A DNA stretch of 50,574 nucleotides from an uncultured Eubacteriales bacterium (lineage in GTDB: Bacteria > Bacillota > Clostridia > Oscillospirales > CAG-272), in NCBI GenBank assembly GCA_900547565.1, contig URHI01000003.1, positions 1 through 50,574 of the forward strand, written 5' to 3'. Below, piece after piece: positions 50,128-50,574 of this stretch. Both the position numbers and the translations under genes were made by a program. The notes under the pieces were generated by a model, which searched no databases, was not told the origin of the DNA, and saw only the letters and a program-made list of their open reading frames with translations. Position 1 is the first letter of the stretch, and the number at the start of each line of letters is the position of its first letter.

Positions 50128-50574
50128 ATGCAAAGAATAGGCGTGTTCGTATGCTGGTGCGGAAGCAACATCGCGGCCACTGTTGATGTGAAGGCTGTTG
50201 CCGAAGCGGCAAAAAATGAGCCGGGCGTGGTTTTCTCCGCGGATTATCAGTATATGTGTTCTCAGTCAGGCCAGCGACTGGTCATTGACTCAATAAAAAA
50301 ATATCAGCTCACCGGAGTGGTGATCTGCTCATGTTCGCCGCGTATGCACGAGGCGACATTCCGCAAAGCGGCGGCCTCAGCCGGCCTCAATCCTTACATG
50401 GTGGAGGTTGCCAATATACGTGAGCAGTGCTCGTGGATCCATAAGGATAAGCTGTCCGGCACGGAAAAGGCCATAATACTGGCGCGTGCCGCTATTGCCA
50501 AAGTAACGCTCAATGCGCCGCTGTCGGCAGGGCAGTCCCCTGTAACCAAGCGGGCATTGGTTATCGGCGGCGGG
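50128..50574 (+). CDS. HdrA-like FAD/Fe-S oxidoreductase, N-terminal 149 codons only (runs off the window)
   Basis: Not in the track because there is no stop in the window. AAGGAG SD, then ATG 50128. MQRIGVFVCWCGSNIA...VICSCSPRMHE...NIREQCSW is the Cys-rich N-terminal domain seen in HdrA-type proteins, followed by the start of a dinucleotide-binding fold, ALVIGGG. Confidence 0.75.
   Translation, partial: MQRIGVFVCWCGSNIAATVDVKAVAEAAKNEPGVVFSADYQYMCSQSGQRLVIDSIKKYQLTGVVICSCSPRMHEATFRKAAASAGLNPYMVEVANIREQCSWIHKDKLSGTEKAIILARAAIAKVTLNAPLSAGQSPVTKRALVIGGG

Overview
This 50.6 kb window looks like a chromosomal segment from an endospore-forming Firmicute, probably class Clostridia: it carries spo0A and ytfI/ytfJ, has Bacillus-like operon synteny, and uses Gram-positive SD sites. 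The taxon is an inference, not a computed result.

Most of the window is tightly packed, conserved housekeeping operons:
- Minus strand, 3.1-16.1 kb: ssrA (tmRNA) and smpB, spo0A, a pseudouridine synthase, a D-Ala-D-Ala carboxypeptidase, ytfJ/ytfI, scpB/scpA, an M50 protease, engB and lon.
- Plus strand, 16.5-39.9 kb: infC-rpmI-rplT with an attenuator leader, a TrmH-family methyltransferase, dprA-topA-trmFO-plsX-rnc, radical-SAM-smc-ftsY, and the CIRCE-controlled hrcA-grpE-dnaK-dnaJ-prmA-rsmE operon.

More accessory-looking genes sit at the two ends and in two gaps:
- Left end: an alpha/beta hydrolase, an EamA transporter, a GNAT, and a nitroreductase::pentapeptide fusion wedged between smpB and ssrA.
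- In the minus-strand block between smpB and spo0A: a DUF362/ferredoxin protein.
- After ftsY: an SGNH-like protein plus a lipoprotein.
- Right part: a PucR-type regulator, ctpA, greA, a GH2 beta-galactosidase, and a class II fumarase followed without a terminator by an HdrB-HdrC-HdrA-like cluster that runs off the right edge.

I found no CRISPR array, IS or transposase, integrase, prophage gene, tRNA or rRNA. I cannot point to a convincing complete novel system. The best candidate for non-textbook biology is the fumC-hdrBCA-like unit, which is truncated. Next come the split trans-translation locus with its fusion protein, and a C11 tract encoding Pro-Pro-Pro inside rpmI. All functional calls rest on motifs read by eye; no database search was run.
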